From an uncultured Clostridia bacterium (GTDB taxonomy: Bacteria; Acidobacteriota; Blastocatellia; UBA7656), in the NCBI GenBank assembly GCA_964581275.1, contig CAZOOE010000001.1, positions 1-62,150 of the forward strand: 62,150 nucleotides of DNA, read 5' to 3'. Positions 41,731-50,975 of the stretch are shown piece after piece; position 1 is the first letter of the stretch, and each line of letters starts with the position of its first letter. Under the pieces are notes generated by a model. The model was not told the DNA's origin. It made no database searches and was given only the letters and a program-made list of their open reading frames with translations. A program made the translations under genes and the position numbers.

Positions 41731-42960
41731 GTGTCCGACTTTTTAGGCAGCATTTCTGAGACGTGGGCCTGGAGACGAACAACTTTGAAATCAATCAAAA
41801 CAAGATTCCGGCCTGACATCAGAACCATCACGCGACTGGTACCGCCCAGCGGCAACCTCGTGCAAGGGCAATCCGAACTGGCGACTAGTCCCGCATTAGC
41901 TGAGGCGGCAAACCGGGTTATTGCCGCCAGCCAGAATCATTACAGTCCTGCGGAGGGCGTTTTTGAACTTCGGCAGGCGGTGGCGAAGAAACTGTCTGAT
42001 CTTAACGGGATTGCGCTTGACCCGCGTGCCGAGTCGCTTCAACTGCTAATCACTCCAGGCGCGACCGGAGCTCTCACAGCCATCGCTCAAACCTACTTGA
42101 GGGAAGCCACCGCTCTCGTCTTTGAGCCCTACTATCCTTACCATCGGCGGATCCTCGGTGAGTTGGGAGCGACTACAGATGTGCTGTCGCTTCACGGGCC
42201 GACACTTGAACTCGATCCCGATGAGTTGCGAGCTCGATGCCGCGAGTTAAAGAATCGCAAACCATTCCCCTTGCGAGCCATCATCCTTTGTACCCCCGCG
42301 AACCCGACGGGCAAGGTTTTCACATTTAGTGAGCTAACGGGCCTCGCGGCCGTATGTCAGGAATTCGATCTCCTCTGCATCGCGGATGAAGTGTACGAGC
42401 ATTATATAGTGGGTGATCAGCCTCACATCTCTATCGCAACTTCGCCGGGGATGTGGGAGCGAACGATTACGGTGAACTCCTTTTCCAAATCGTGGAACAT
42501 CTCCGGCTGGCGGCTCGGCTATGTCTACGGCGACTCGAATTTAGTAGCGGCTCTCAACAACCCTAACAACGTTTTCTACGTATGCTCGCCCACCCCGCTT
42601 CAGCGGGCCCTGGCCGAAGTGTTGATGACTGATCCGCGGTACTACAGTCGCCTGCGCGAGGGCTTTGCAGCCAAACGGAGGTTCACGGTTGACGCATTAG
42701 AGCGCGTGGGATTCGATGTTTATGATTCCGGATCGGCCTTTTATGTATGGGCTCGTATCCCAAACGGATTTGAAGATGCAAAGCAGCTTAACGAACTGTT
42801 AATTACTCAGGCCGGAGTCGCGGGGGTGCCGGGGAGCGCCTTCGCCGATTGCGATGATTGGGACGATTACCTGCGACTGTGCATCGCTCGTGAAGATGAT
42901 GTTTTGCATGGAGCGCTCCACAAAGTACAGGACTTAATTGGCGGAAGGTCTCCATCATAG
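41731..42960 (+). CDS. Class I/II PLP-dependent aminotransferase
   Basis: It shows NPTGKVF, IADEVYEH, SFSKSWNISGWRLGY (PLP Lys) and PGSAF. Confidence 0.85.
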   Translation: MSDFLGSISETWAWRRTTLKSIKTRFRPDIRTITRLVPPSGNLVQGQSELATSPALAEAANRVIAASQNHYSPAEGVFELRQAVAKKLSDLNGIALDPRAESLQLLITPGATGALTAIAQTYLREATALVFEPYYPYHRRILGELGATTDVLSLHGPTLELDPDELRARCRELKNRKPFPLRAIILCTPANPTGKVFTFSELTGLAAVCQEFDLLCIADEVYEHYIVGDQPHISIATSPGMWERTITVNSFSKSWNISGWRLGYVYGDSNLVAALNNPNNVFYVCSPTPLQRALAEVLMTDPRYYSRLREGFAAKRRFTVDALERVGFDVYDSGSAFYVWARIPNGFEDAKQLNELLITQAGVAGVPGSAFADCDDWDDYLRLCIAREDDVLHGALHKVQDLIGGRSPS

Positions 42961-43031
42961 TTGCGAATATGTGTGTGCCGCCCTTCAGATATCATCTCTA
43001 AAAAGCGCGAGTGTATAAAAGTAAAAAGCAT

Positions 43032-43310
43032 GGAACACCCATCGCACAGGACGCGCACTTCATTGCTTATGGGCTGGGCTGGCTTCTCCGCGACTATCAT
43101 GGCGTCAAGCTGATCGAGCATGGTGGCAACATCTACGGAATGACTGCGCTGGTTTGAATGGTCGCAGAAGAAGAATTCAAAATGGTAATCCTGGTCAATC
43201 TGAACGGCACGTTCCTTCCCGGGGCCCTGCAATACCTGATGATCGACGCTGATCTCGGCCGGATGGGCTCTGCTACGATCCTCGAAGCCTACAAGGGCCG
43301 GGAACCGTAG
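43032..43310 (+). pseudogene. C-terminal fragment of a beta-lactamase-family serine hydrolase with an in-frame TGA
   Basis: It reads GTPIAQDAHFIAYGLGWLLRDYHGVKLIEHGGNIYGMTALV*MVAEEEFKMVILVNLNG. There is no N-terminal SxxK region upstream. Confidence 0.45.
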
Positions 43311-43372
43311 GCAAAGACGCCGAGAAGAAGCAGCTTGAGGAAGACTCAGAATCCCATTACGAGAAGACACCG

Positions 43373-43879
43373 ATGGACGAAGTCATAGTCAGAATGGGAA
43401 GACAATGTGATTTTGATAATATCAATTCCTTCGCTGAAAGAGCCATTCGCCCTGCTTACGACCATCCTTCGCTGACAGTTGAGGAAAGACAAGAAAATGA
43501 CAGGATCATATCGATGGCGCGAGACGCATGTTTGCAGGCCGTAGTGAACGAAGAACGGGGAATCTGGGTCGCTTATGACGGAAGTCAGGTTGCAGGCTTC
43601 ATCATTGCGAACAGAGTGACTGATGAATGCCCCGAGATAGATTGGCTTATTGTGCCTCCTGAGTTTCAAGGTAGAGGAGTTGCGCAGAAATTGATGGAAG
43701 CGGCTTTGGACTGGATTGGCAAGGATACAGAAGTCAAACTCGGTGTCATTCGCTATAACCGTAGAGCCATTGCTTTTTACGAGAAGTATGGTTTTAAGGA
43801 TACAGTCCGACTTGCGGGAAAACACAAAATTCCGCGCATTTTAATGAAGCGATCCGGGTCATCTGCAAGTGAGAGCTGA
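43373..43879 (+). CDS. GNAT-family N-acetyltransferase
   Basis: The acetyl-CoA motif is VPPEFQGRGVAQKLMEAAL, followed by RAIAFYEKYGF. Confidence 0.8.
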   Translation: MDEVIVRMGRQCDFDNINSFAERAIRPAYDHPSLTVEERQENDRIISMARDACLQAVVNEERGIWVAYDGSQVAGFIIANRVTDECPEIDWLIVPPEFQGRGVAQKLMEAALDWIGKDTEVKLGVIRYNRRAIAFYEKYGFKDTVRLAGKHKIPRILMKRSGSSASES

Positions 43880-43940
43880 CACCAGAGAAGTGATCGGAAG
43901 AGAGGCGGAGAGGCGACCAGCCAAGAGAGGAGATGACACG

Positions 43941-45356
43941 ATGAAGCGACGAATCAAGACGAACCTGACCAGTCTAGCAAGGTTAGCTCTGACGGTCGTT
44001 GCAACGCTATTGCTGGCTCTCTCTCCGGCCGCAACTTCGGCTCAGAGAGCCACCGCGAACAAGGTCAAGGTAGACTTCAAGGAAGTGACGCTCAAAAACG
44101 GCCTGCGCGTAATCACAGTCGAGGATCATCTGGCGCCAGTTGTTTCCGTGGCACTGACCTATCGCGTCGGAGCCGCTAATGAGCGCGAAGGTCTCAGCGG
44201 CTTCGCGCACCTCCTCGAACACATGATGTTCAGAGGCACCAGGAACGTCAAAGCTGAGGATTATATGAATCTGGTCTTCGGCAACGGGGGCAACATCAAT
44301 GCTTCGACCGGCACCGATGTCACTTTCTACTTCGCCGCAGTCCCAGCGAATCAGCTCGATCTGCCGCTGTTTCTCGAAGCCGACCGGATGCGCGGGCTGC
44401 TCATAACGCAAGCGGTGCTCGATACCGAGAGCAACGTTGTGCAGGAGGAGCGACGCTTGCGGATCGATAATCAGCCCTACGGAAAGAGCCGCTGGATTCT
44501 CAACGGCATGCTCTATGACAACTTCCCATACCATCATGACCCGATCGGATCGATCGCGGACCTCAAGGCCGCGAAAGTCGCTGACGTGACTCAGTTCTTC
44601 GACACCTACTATGTGCCGAACAATGCCGTCCTCGTCCTGGTCGGCGACTTCAAAACGGAAGAAGGCATGGCCAAGGTTCGGAAATACTTTGATTCGGTGC
44701 CCCGTCAGGGTAATCCGCCGCCCGTCGATCTTCGCGAGCCGGAGCAACAAGCGGAGCGACGCCAGACTGTAGAAGACGAGTTGGCGCGCGCGCCGCAAGT
44801 AAGCATCGGCTTTAAGGCAGCGTCAGGAAATACTCAGGATCTTTATGCGCTGCAGATTCTGTCGGAGGCATTGTCGAGCGGGCAAAGTTCCAGGCTTTAT
44901 CAAAAGCTGGTGAAAGAGAAGGAACTGGTGGGCAGCGTCACTGCTTCAATTGATGAACGGAAAGGGCCGAGCGCGCTGTACATCACGGCGACGCTCCGTC
45001 CCGGGAAGAAGACGGAAGAGGTCGAGACAGCGATCTACGAAGAGATCGAGCGCGTCAGGCGCGAGCCTCTCTCCGACGCAGAGATGGAGAAAGCGAAGAA
45101 CACGACCGCGCTGGCCTTTATCACAAAGATTCAGACCTCGCTGCTTCGCGCCATTTTTATCAGCCTTTACGCCGCGTACTTTGACGACCCGAATCTGATC
45201 AACACCTGGCTGGATAAAACCGCTGCCGTCACCAAAGAAGATGTCGCGCGTGTAGCGAAAAAGTACCTGAGGCCGACTAACCGTACGGTGGTCATCACGC
45301 TGCCCAAGGCGAAGGGTGCAAGCGATGGCCCGATAAGAAATGAAACTCTCTATTGA
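43941..45356 (+). CDS. M16-family zinc peptidase (catalytic, HxxEH), copy A1
   Basis: It has a signal peptide, GFAHLLEHMMFRGT and EERRLRIDNQPYG. It is paralogous to 49549-50970. Confidence 0.9.
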   Translation: MKRRIKTNLTSLARLALTVVATLLLALSPAATSAQRATANKVKVDFKEVTLKNGLRVITVEDHLAPVVSVALTYRVGAANEREGLSGFAHLLEHMMFRGTRNVKAEDYMNLVFGNGGNINASTGTDVTFYFAAVPANQLDLPLFLEADRMRGLLITQAVLDTESNVVQEERRLRIDNQPYGKSRWILNGMLYDNFPYHHDPIGSIADLKAAKVADVTQFFDTYYVPNNAVLVLVGDFKTEEGMAKVRKYFDSVPRQGNPPPVDLREPEQQAERRQTVEDELARAPQVSIGFKAASGNTQDLYALQILSEALSSGQSSRLYQKLVKEKELVGSVTASIDERKGPSALYITATLRPGKKTEEVETAIYEEIERVRREPLSDAEMEKAKNTTALAFITKIQTSLLRAIFISLYAAYFDDPNLINTWLDKTAAVTKEDVARVAKKYLRPTNRTVVITLPKAKGASDGPIRNETLY

Positions 45357-45468
45357 TTTCGCTGTCCGCTGAAGACTGGATCAGCGAGGACGGGTTATGA
45401 ATAAGCAGTTGCGAGCAGCCGCTTACCTATAGCCGGCAGTAGTCACCACTATCGGGAGGTCCACCGGG

Positions 45469-47088
45469 ATGACGAACACTTCGCGGCAAGCGCGACGCAG
45501 TTTCGTGCGCACAAGTTCACTCGTCTTTGCGCTTTGTGCAATGGCCTGTGCTGCCTTGAGCATCCCGGCGACTGCATTCGGTCGGTCGACGTGGGAGGCA
45601 GAAATCGTCTATCACATCTTTCCACGCAGCTATCGGGACAGCAACGGCGACCGGATTGGAGATCTTCGGGGTATCGCGGCAGGCTTGGATACGATCCAGC
45701 GCCTCGGCTGCACAGCGCTGCTGCTTGCCCCGATCGTCAACTCTCGCGTCTACCACAACTACTTCGCTGACGACTTCTTCTCGGTGGACCAAGAGTACGG
45801 TTCGCTCGATGATTTCCATGCGCTGGTTCGGGGCGCGCACCAGCGTCACATGAAGATCATCCTCGATGTCGAGCCGCAGTACGTCGCTGATGGACATTCG
45901 TGGTTACGCTCTGTAAAGGCAGACATGAAATCACCCTTTGCAGGGTATCTGTGGCGTCAGGGGCCGCTCTCAGGTGACAACATCCTCTGGTACGACAAAC
46001 AGAAGATCGGCATTTCGCCCTTGGATTTGGACAACCCCGAGGTTCGAGCCTACGTTGAGCGCATCGTTGGATTTTGGGCCGAGCAAGGAGCGGACGGCAT
46101 TCGCATCGACCATATGATGGACGACCTCGACGATCAGCATTCCAGGACCGGCCTCTTCAGAAAGCTTTGGGATCCACTTGAGCGGCATCTACGAAGAGAC
46201 TTCCCCCATCTCTTCTTCGTCGGAGAGCAGGCAGATTGGGGCAACGGAGAGGAAATCCTCCACAAAACCGGCACCGACGCGGTCTTCGCATTTTCCCTCC
46301 GTGCCGCCTTGTTGAGCGGGGACAAGGCGAAGATCGAGAGTGTGCTTCGAAGGCTCTCGTCGGGTACGCCCCCGGGGAAAACCCAGATCCTATTTCTCGA
46401 AAACCACGATACGGACCGCTTCGCAAGCCTTGAGGCCGACCCACGCCGGCAGCGCCTTGCTGCTGCGCTCCTGCTGACGCTCGAGGGTGTCCCGTCGATC
46501 TACTACGGCCAGGAACTTGGAATGCTGGGCAAGGTCGGGGACTGGGGCAGTGACGGCAACCACATTCCGATCAGGCTTGCATACAGGTGGACAAGCAGGC
46601 TCGACGGTCCAGGCACGGCGACCTGGTACCGAGATTCGGGGCCCTGGTGGAACACGACCTATTCTAGCGACGGGGACGGAATCAGCCTTGAGGAGCAAGA
46701 GAAGATTTCGGACTCGCTATTCAACTTCTACCGCCGACTCATCAGGCTACGGCGGACAACCCGGGCACTGATAGCGGGAGGGCAACGTTTGATTAAGGTG
46801 AAGACCCCGGGCCTGTTCGCGTTCGAGCGCTCGGCCGGAACCGAACGTGTCCTCGTCCTCGCCAACCTCACTGACAAACAGGCGCGCGCCGACCTGCAGT
46901 CGAGGGGACATCTCCACGACCTCTGGTCTGGTGCCGAGTTTGCTGGAGGCGTTTCAGTCGCCGTCCCGCCGTTCGCGTTTCGGCTCCTCGCAAGGTCTAA
47001 TGTTGCACTCCGAAGATCTAGCCGGAGCCGAAGAGCGGCCGAGAGGGGGATCAGGGAGCAAACGAATGAAAGAACAGGAGATGGCTGA
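45469..47088 (+). CDS. GH13 alpha-amylase-family glycoside hydrolase
   Basis: It shows GDLRGI, DGIRIDHMMD, VGEQ and FLENHDTDRF. The C-terminal ~35 aa (after FAFRLLAR) are low-complexity and overlap the next gene start. Confidence 0.85.
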   Translation: MTNTSRQARRSFVRTSSLVFALCAMACAALSIPATAFGRSTWEAEIVYHIFPRSYRDSNGDRIGDLRGIAAGLDTIQRLGCTALLLAPIVNSRVYHNYFADDFFSVDQEYGSLDDFHALVRGAHQRHMKIILDVEPQYVADGHSWLRSVKADMKSPFAGYLWRQGPLSGDNILWYDKQKIGISPLDLDNPEVRAYVERIVGFWAEQGADGIRIDHMMDDLDDQHSRTGLFRKLWDPLERHLRRDFPHLFFVGEQADWGNGEEILHKTGTDAVFAFSLRAALLSGDKAKIESVLRRLSSGTPPGKTQILFLENHDTDRFASLEADPRRQRLAAALLLTLEGVPSIYYGQELGMLGKVGDWGSDGNHIPIRLAYRWTSRLDGPGTATWYRDSGPWWNTTYSSDGDGISLEEQEKISDSLFNFYRRLIRLRRTTRALIAGGQRLIKVKTPGLFAFERSAGTERVLVLANLTDKQARADLQSRGHLHDLWSGAEFAGGVSVAVPPFAFRLLARSNVALRRSSRSRRAAERGIREQTNERTGDG

Positions 47089-47980
47089 AATACGACTTCC
47101 AGAACTTGTTGGAGAGTGGCCGATAGCCGACGGTACGAAAGAGCAGTTTTGGCGCGACGGGCACGCTCTCCTTCGTGGTGTTGCCTCCGCAGAAGAGGTC
47201 GCCGCCTATCGCCCGATCATCACAGCAGCGGCAACGCGGTATAGCGCCGAAACCCGTCCGCTCCAAGAGCGTGACACTTATGGCAAAGCATTCCTCCAGA
47301 CCATGAACCTCTGGACGTGTGAGGAAGCTGTCTCACGCTTCACGCTTTCGCCTCGATTTGCGAAGATTGCTGCCGATCTCATGGGTGTCGACGCGGTCCG
47401 ACTCTATCACGACCAAGCCCTATACAAAGAGCCGGGGGGAGGGCCGACGCCATTTCATCAAGACCAGCACTACTGGCCGCTGGGCACCGACCATACGATC
47501 ACAATGTGGATGCCGCTTGTCCCTGTTACCGAGGAGATGGGCACGATGACATTCGTCAGCGGTTCGCATCGGCTCGGCTATCTTGGCGACCGGCCGATTT
47601 CCGACGAGTCCGAAGCGGTGTTTCGGACGTTCATCGAGGGGCGAGGGCTCACGGTTCGGACGTACGGAGCGATGAACGCCGGTGATGCGACGTTTCACTC
47701 AGGATGGACACTCCATGGCGCTCCCGGAAATCTGAGCGAGATCCTGCGTGAGGTGATGACCGTCATATACATTGACGCCGATGCCCGAGTGATCGAGCCT
47801 GATAATCCGAACCGCGAGAAGGACCTGAGGACTTGGCTTCCAGAGTTGCGGGTTGGAGACAAGGCTGCCAGTCGGCTCAACCCGGTCGTGTGGACCAAAG
47901 ATGATCGAGGGTCAACAAGTATTTCGAACCGCGCCAGCCTGACCAAACCACACTTGAGGCGACATAGCACTGAGAGGTGA
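47081..47980 (+). CDS. Phytanoyl-CoA dioxygenase (PhyH)-family Fe(II)/2OG oxygenase
   Basis: An AGGAG Shine-Dalgarno precedes the start. The motifs are FHQDQHYWP and HSGWTLHGAPGN. Confidence 0.8.
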   Translation: MAEIRLPELVGEWPIADGTKEQFWRDGHALLRGVASAEEVAAYRPIITAAATRYSAETRPLQERDTYGKAFLQTMNLWTCEEAVSRFTLSPRFAKIAADLMGVDAVRLYHDQALYKEPGGGPTPFHQDQHYWPLGTDHTITMWMPLVPVTEEMGTMTFVSGSHRLGYLGDRPISDESEAVFRTFIEGRGLTVRTYGAMNAGDATFHSGWTLHGAPGNLSEILREVMTVIYIDADARVIEPDNPNREKDLRTWLPELRVGDKAASRLNPVVWTKDDRGSTSISNRASLTKPHLRRHSTER

Positions 47981-47982
47981 GT

Positions 47983-49503
47983 ATGAGAAAATCCAATCGA
48001 TTGAGGTGGAAAAGGGACCTCGCTTTCGAGCTGGTCGCGTCTTTTGTCTTGTCGCTCCTGGCCGTCGCAGGTTCCGCTCAGGAACAAGCAAAGTCCGCCG
48101 GACAATCAAGCGAAGCGGAAAGACTGAAGCCGCCGATTAACGCGGAAATTCTCAAGGTGAAGCTGCCTCGCGCGAAAGAGGCGATGCTCAAGAACGGATT
48201 GCGCGTCATCGTGCTGGAAGGTTATGGCCAGTTGCCGACCTTCACTATGCAGATGGTCATCCTCAGCGGCGGCTTGTCAGATCCGCCTGACACTCGTGGG
48301 CTGGCGAACTTCACCGCCGCTATGCTGCGTGAAGGAACTAGCACACGCACGAGCCGCGAGATCGCCGGGCAAATGGATTCGCTGGGCGCAACACTCACTT
48401 CAAACTCCGACCTGTCCTCCTTGACGACTGTTGTGATGACCTCCGGGCTGGTGAAGAACTTCGACCAGGCGCTCGATATCTTCGCCGATGTGATCCGCCG
48501 CCCAAGATTTCCAGCGGATGAGCTTGAGAAATACAAGGCGCGCACAATCGCTCAATTGCAGCTTCAACGCGCCAGCCCCAATCTATTATCGTGGGAACGA
48601 TTCAATCAGGTGATTTACGGAGAGCATCCGGCCGGACTGGTCTCTCCACCCTTGGATTCGTTAAACCGCACGATCTCGCCCGACTTCGCTCGCTTCCACT
48701 CAGCACACTATCTGCCGAACAACGCGATGCTGGCAGTGCTTGGCGCAGTGACGCTTGATGAGATACTGCCGAAGATCGAGGGCGCCTTCGGCGATTGGCC
48801 GCCCGGCCCTGTTCCGCAGACGATGATTCCTCCGGCGCCAGTGACGCCGGCGACTAAGATTTGTCTGATCGAGCGTCCCGGATCGGTGCAGACGGGAATC
48901 ATCCTTGGGAATCTTGGGGTGACCCGCACTGACGCGGATTACTTTGCGCTGGTAGTCATGGATAAGATCTTGGGCGGCGGCCCAGCGGCGCGACTCTACC
49001 TGAACCTGCGCCAGGCGCACGGCTACACCTATGGCGCGTACAGCCAGTTCAGCAGCTCGAAGTTTCGTGGCGTGTGGTATGCCGGCGCGGACGTGCGGAC
49101 GGAAGTGACCGATGGCGCCTTGAAGGAATTAATGTCCGAGCTCAAGCGGATCCGCGACGAACGAGTCTCGGCAAAAGAGCTTGACGAAGCCAAGCGCGCG
49201 CTGACGGGCAGCTTCGCGTTGTCCCTTGAGCAGCCGCAGACTCTCTTGCGAAACATCATCGATCAGAAACTCTATCACCTGCCCGCCGACTACTGGGACA
49301 CGTATCCGCGGAAGGTGGCTTCAATCAGCGCTGCCGACGTGCAGCGGGCAGCGCAAAAGTACGTTGACCTGTCGCATCTGCAAATCGTCGCCATCGGGGA
49401 CGCCTCCAAAATCCGCGACGTGCTGCGGAAGTACGGCGAAGTAGAGGCGTATGACCCCGAAGGCAAGCTGATTAGACATGCCGATAGCAAACAAGAGAGG
49501 TGA
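47983..49503 (+). CDS. M16-family peptidase, non-catalytic partner type (no HxxEH), copy B1
   Basis: It reads GLANFTAAMLREGT where HxxEH would be. It is paralogous to 50976-52514. Confidence 0.85.
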   Translation: MRKSNRLRWKRDLAFELVASFVLSLLAVAGSAQEQAKSAGQSSEAERLKPPINAEILKVKLPRAKEAMLKNGLRVIVLEGYGQLPTFTMQMVILSGGLSDPPDTRGLANFTAAMLREGTSTRTSREIAGQMDSLGATLTSNSDLSSLTTVVMTSGLVKNFDQALDIFADVIRRPRFPADELEKYKARTIAQLQLQRASPNLLSWERFNQVIYGEHPAGLVSPPLDSLNRTISPDFARFHSAHYLPNNAMLAVLGAVTLDEILPKIEGAFGDWPPGPVPQTMIPPAPVTPATKICLIERPGSVQTGIILGNLGVTRTDADYFALVVMDKILGGGPAARLYLNLRQAHGYTYGAYSQFSSSKFRGVWYAGADVRTEVTDGALKELMSELKRIRDERVSAKELDEAKRALTGSFALSLEQPQTLLRNIIDQKLYHLPADYWDTYPRKVASISAADVQRAAQKYVDLSHLQIVAIGDASKIRDVLRKYGEVEAYDPEGKLIRHADSKQER

Positions 49504-49548
49504 TTGTAAAATGCGGAGAGGCGACCGGCCAAGAGCGGAGATGACAAG

Positions 49549-50970
49549 ATGAAGCGAATCAAGACGAACCTGACCTGGCGGGCGAGCTTTGCGCTCATGC
49601 TCGTCGTCTCGTTTTCATCGGCGCCTTCGAAAGTTATGGCGTCTGCCCGACAATTGTCTGCAGTGAAACAAGCGCGCCGGATCAAGGTAGACTTCAAAGA
49701 GACGACGCTCAAGAATGGCCTGCGCGTGATCACGGTGGAAGACCATCGAGCGCCAGTCATCTCGCTGGCCCTCACCTACGACGTCGGCGCCGCAAACGAG
49801 CGAAAGGGTCGCACCGGGTTCGCGCATCTCTTCGAGCACATGATGTTCAAAGGCTCGGAGAACATCAGTCAGGGGGAACACTTCGACTTGGTCCTCAATC
49901 AGGGAGGCCGAATGGACGCGACGACCGGGATGGATCGCACCATCTATTTCGAAACGCTGCCTTCGAATCAACTCGACCTCCCGCTCTTTCTCGAAGCCGA
50001 CCGGATGCGCAGCCTCTCGATCACGCAAGAGAGCCTCGATACCGAACGCAACGTGGTGCAGGAAGAGCGTCGCTTGCGGATTGATAATCAGCCTTACGGT
50101 CAGAGCCGCGAAGTCCTCAACGGGTTGCTCTATGAGAACTTCCCTTATCAACACCAGGGCACTGGTTCGATGACAGACCTCAACGCTGCTTCGCTAGCGG
50201 ACATTCGGAAGTTTTTCAAAATCTATTACGCGCCCAACAATGTCGTGCTCGTGCTGGTCGGCGACTTCAAGACCGAGGAAGCCATCGCCAAAATCAAGAA
50301 GTATTTTGAAGATATCCCGCGCCAGCCTGGACCCGCGCCGCTGGATTTGTCTGAGCCGGAGCAGCAACAAGAACGCCGAGCGACGGTGGAGGACACGCTG
50401 GCGCGAGTGCCGCAGGTGAGTCTCGCCTTCAAAGCCGTACCTGGCAACACGCCCGATTTCTACGCGCTGCAAATTCTCTCAGCCGCCCTTCAAAGCGGAC
50501 AAAGCTCGAGGCTCTATCAAAAGCTCGTCAAAGAAAGACAGCTGGTCAATACGGTGGGCGGCGGTGTTGATGAACGGCGCGGGCCAGGCGCGCTTTACAT
50601 TACTGTCACGGTCAGGCCGGGCAAAAAAGTCGAGGAGGTTGAAGCCCTTATCGCCGAAGAGGTCGAGCGGTTGAGGAAAGAACCCCTTGCTGATTGGGAG
50701 ATGCAGAAAGCCAAGAATGCGACCCAGCTCGCATTCATCAGCAGCCTGCAGAGTTCGCTGCTGCGCGCGATCATCATCGGTCAGTATGCGGTCACCTACG
50801 ACGACCCGAATCTGATCAACACACGGCTTGATAAAGTCACCTCCGTCACCAAAGCAGATGTAGAACGAGTCGCAGCCAAGTACCTGAGACCGACCAATCG
50901 CACCGTGGTCATTACTATGCCGAAGGCGAAGGGCGCGACGGCTGGCGTCTCCCGAGTGGTTAAGGAGTGA
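49549..50970 (+). CDS. M16-family zinc peptidase (catalytic, HxxEH), copy A2
   Basis: It has GFAHLFEHMMFKGS and is colinear with A1. Confidence 0.9.
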   Translation: MKRIKTNLTWRASFALMLVVSFSSAPSKVMASARQLSAVKQARRIKVDFKETTLKNGLRVITVEDHRAPVISLALTYDVGAANERKGRTGFAHLFEHMMFKGSENISQGEHFDLVLNQGGRMDATTGMDRTIYFETLPSNQLDLPLFLEADRMRSLSITQESLDTERNVVQEERRLRIDNQPYGQSREVLNGLLYENFPYQHQGTGSMTDLNAASLADIRKFFKIYYAPNNVVLVLVGDFKTEEAIAKIKKYFEDIPRQPGPAPLDLSEPEQQQERRATVEDTLARVPQVSLAFKAVPGNTPDFYALQILSAALQSGQSSRLYQKLVKERQLVNTVGGGVDERRGPGALYITVTVRPGKKVEEVEALIAEEVERLRKEPLADWEMQKAKNATQLAFISSLQSSLLRAIIIGQYAVTYDDPNLINTRLDKVTSVTKADVERVAAKYLRPTNRTVVITMPKAKGATAGVSRVVKE

Positions 50971-50975
50971 GCGAA

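Noticed and set aside
46990-47088. Possible functional overlap between the GH13 C-terminal tail and the PhyH gene start.
   Set aside because: The last ~35 GH13 codons are low-complexity (RRSSRSRRAAERGIREQTNERTGDG) beyond the conserved FAFRLLAR end. This is most simply a late stop codon, not a designed overlap.
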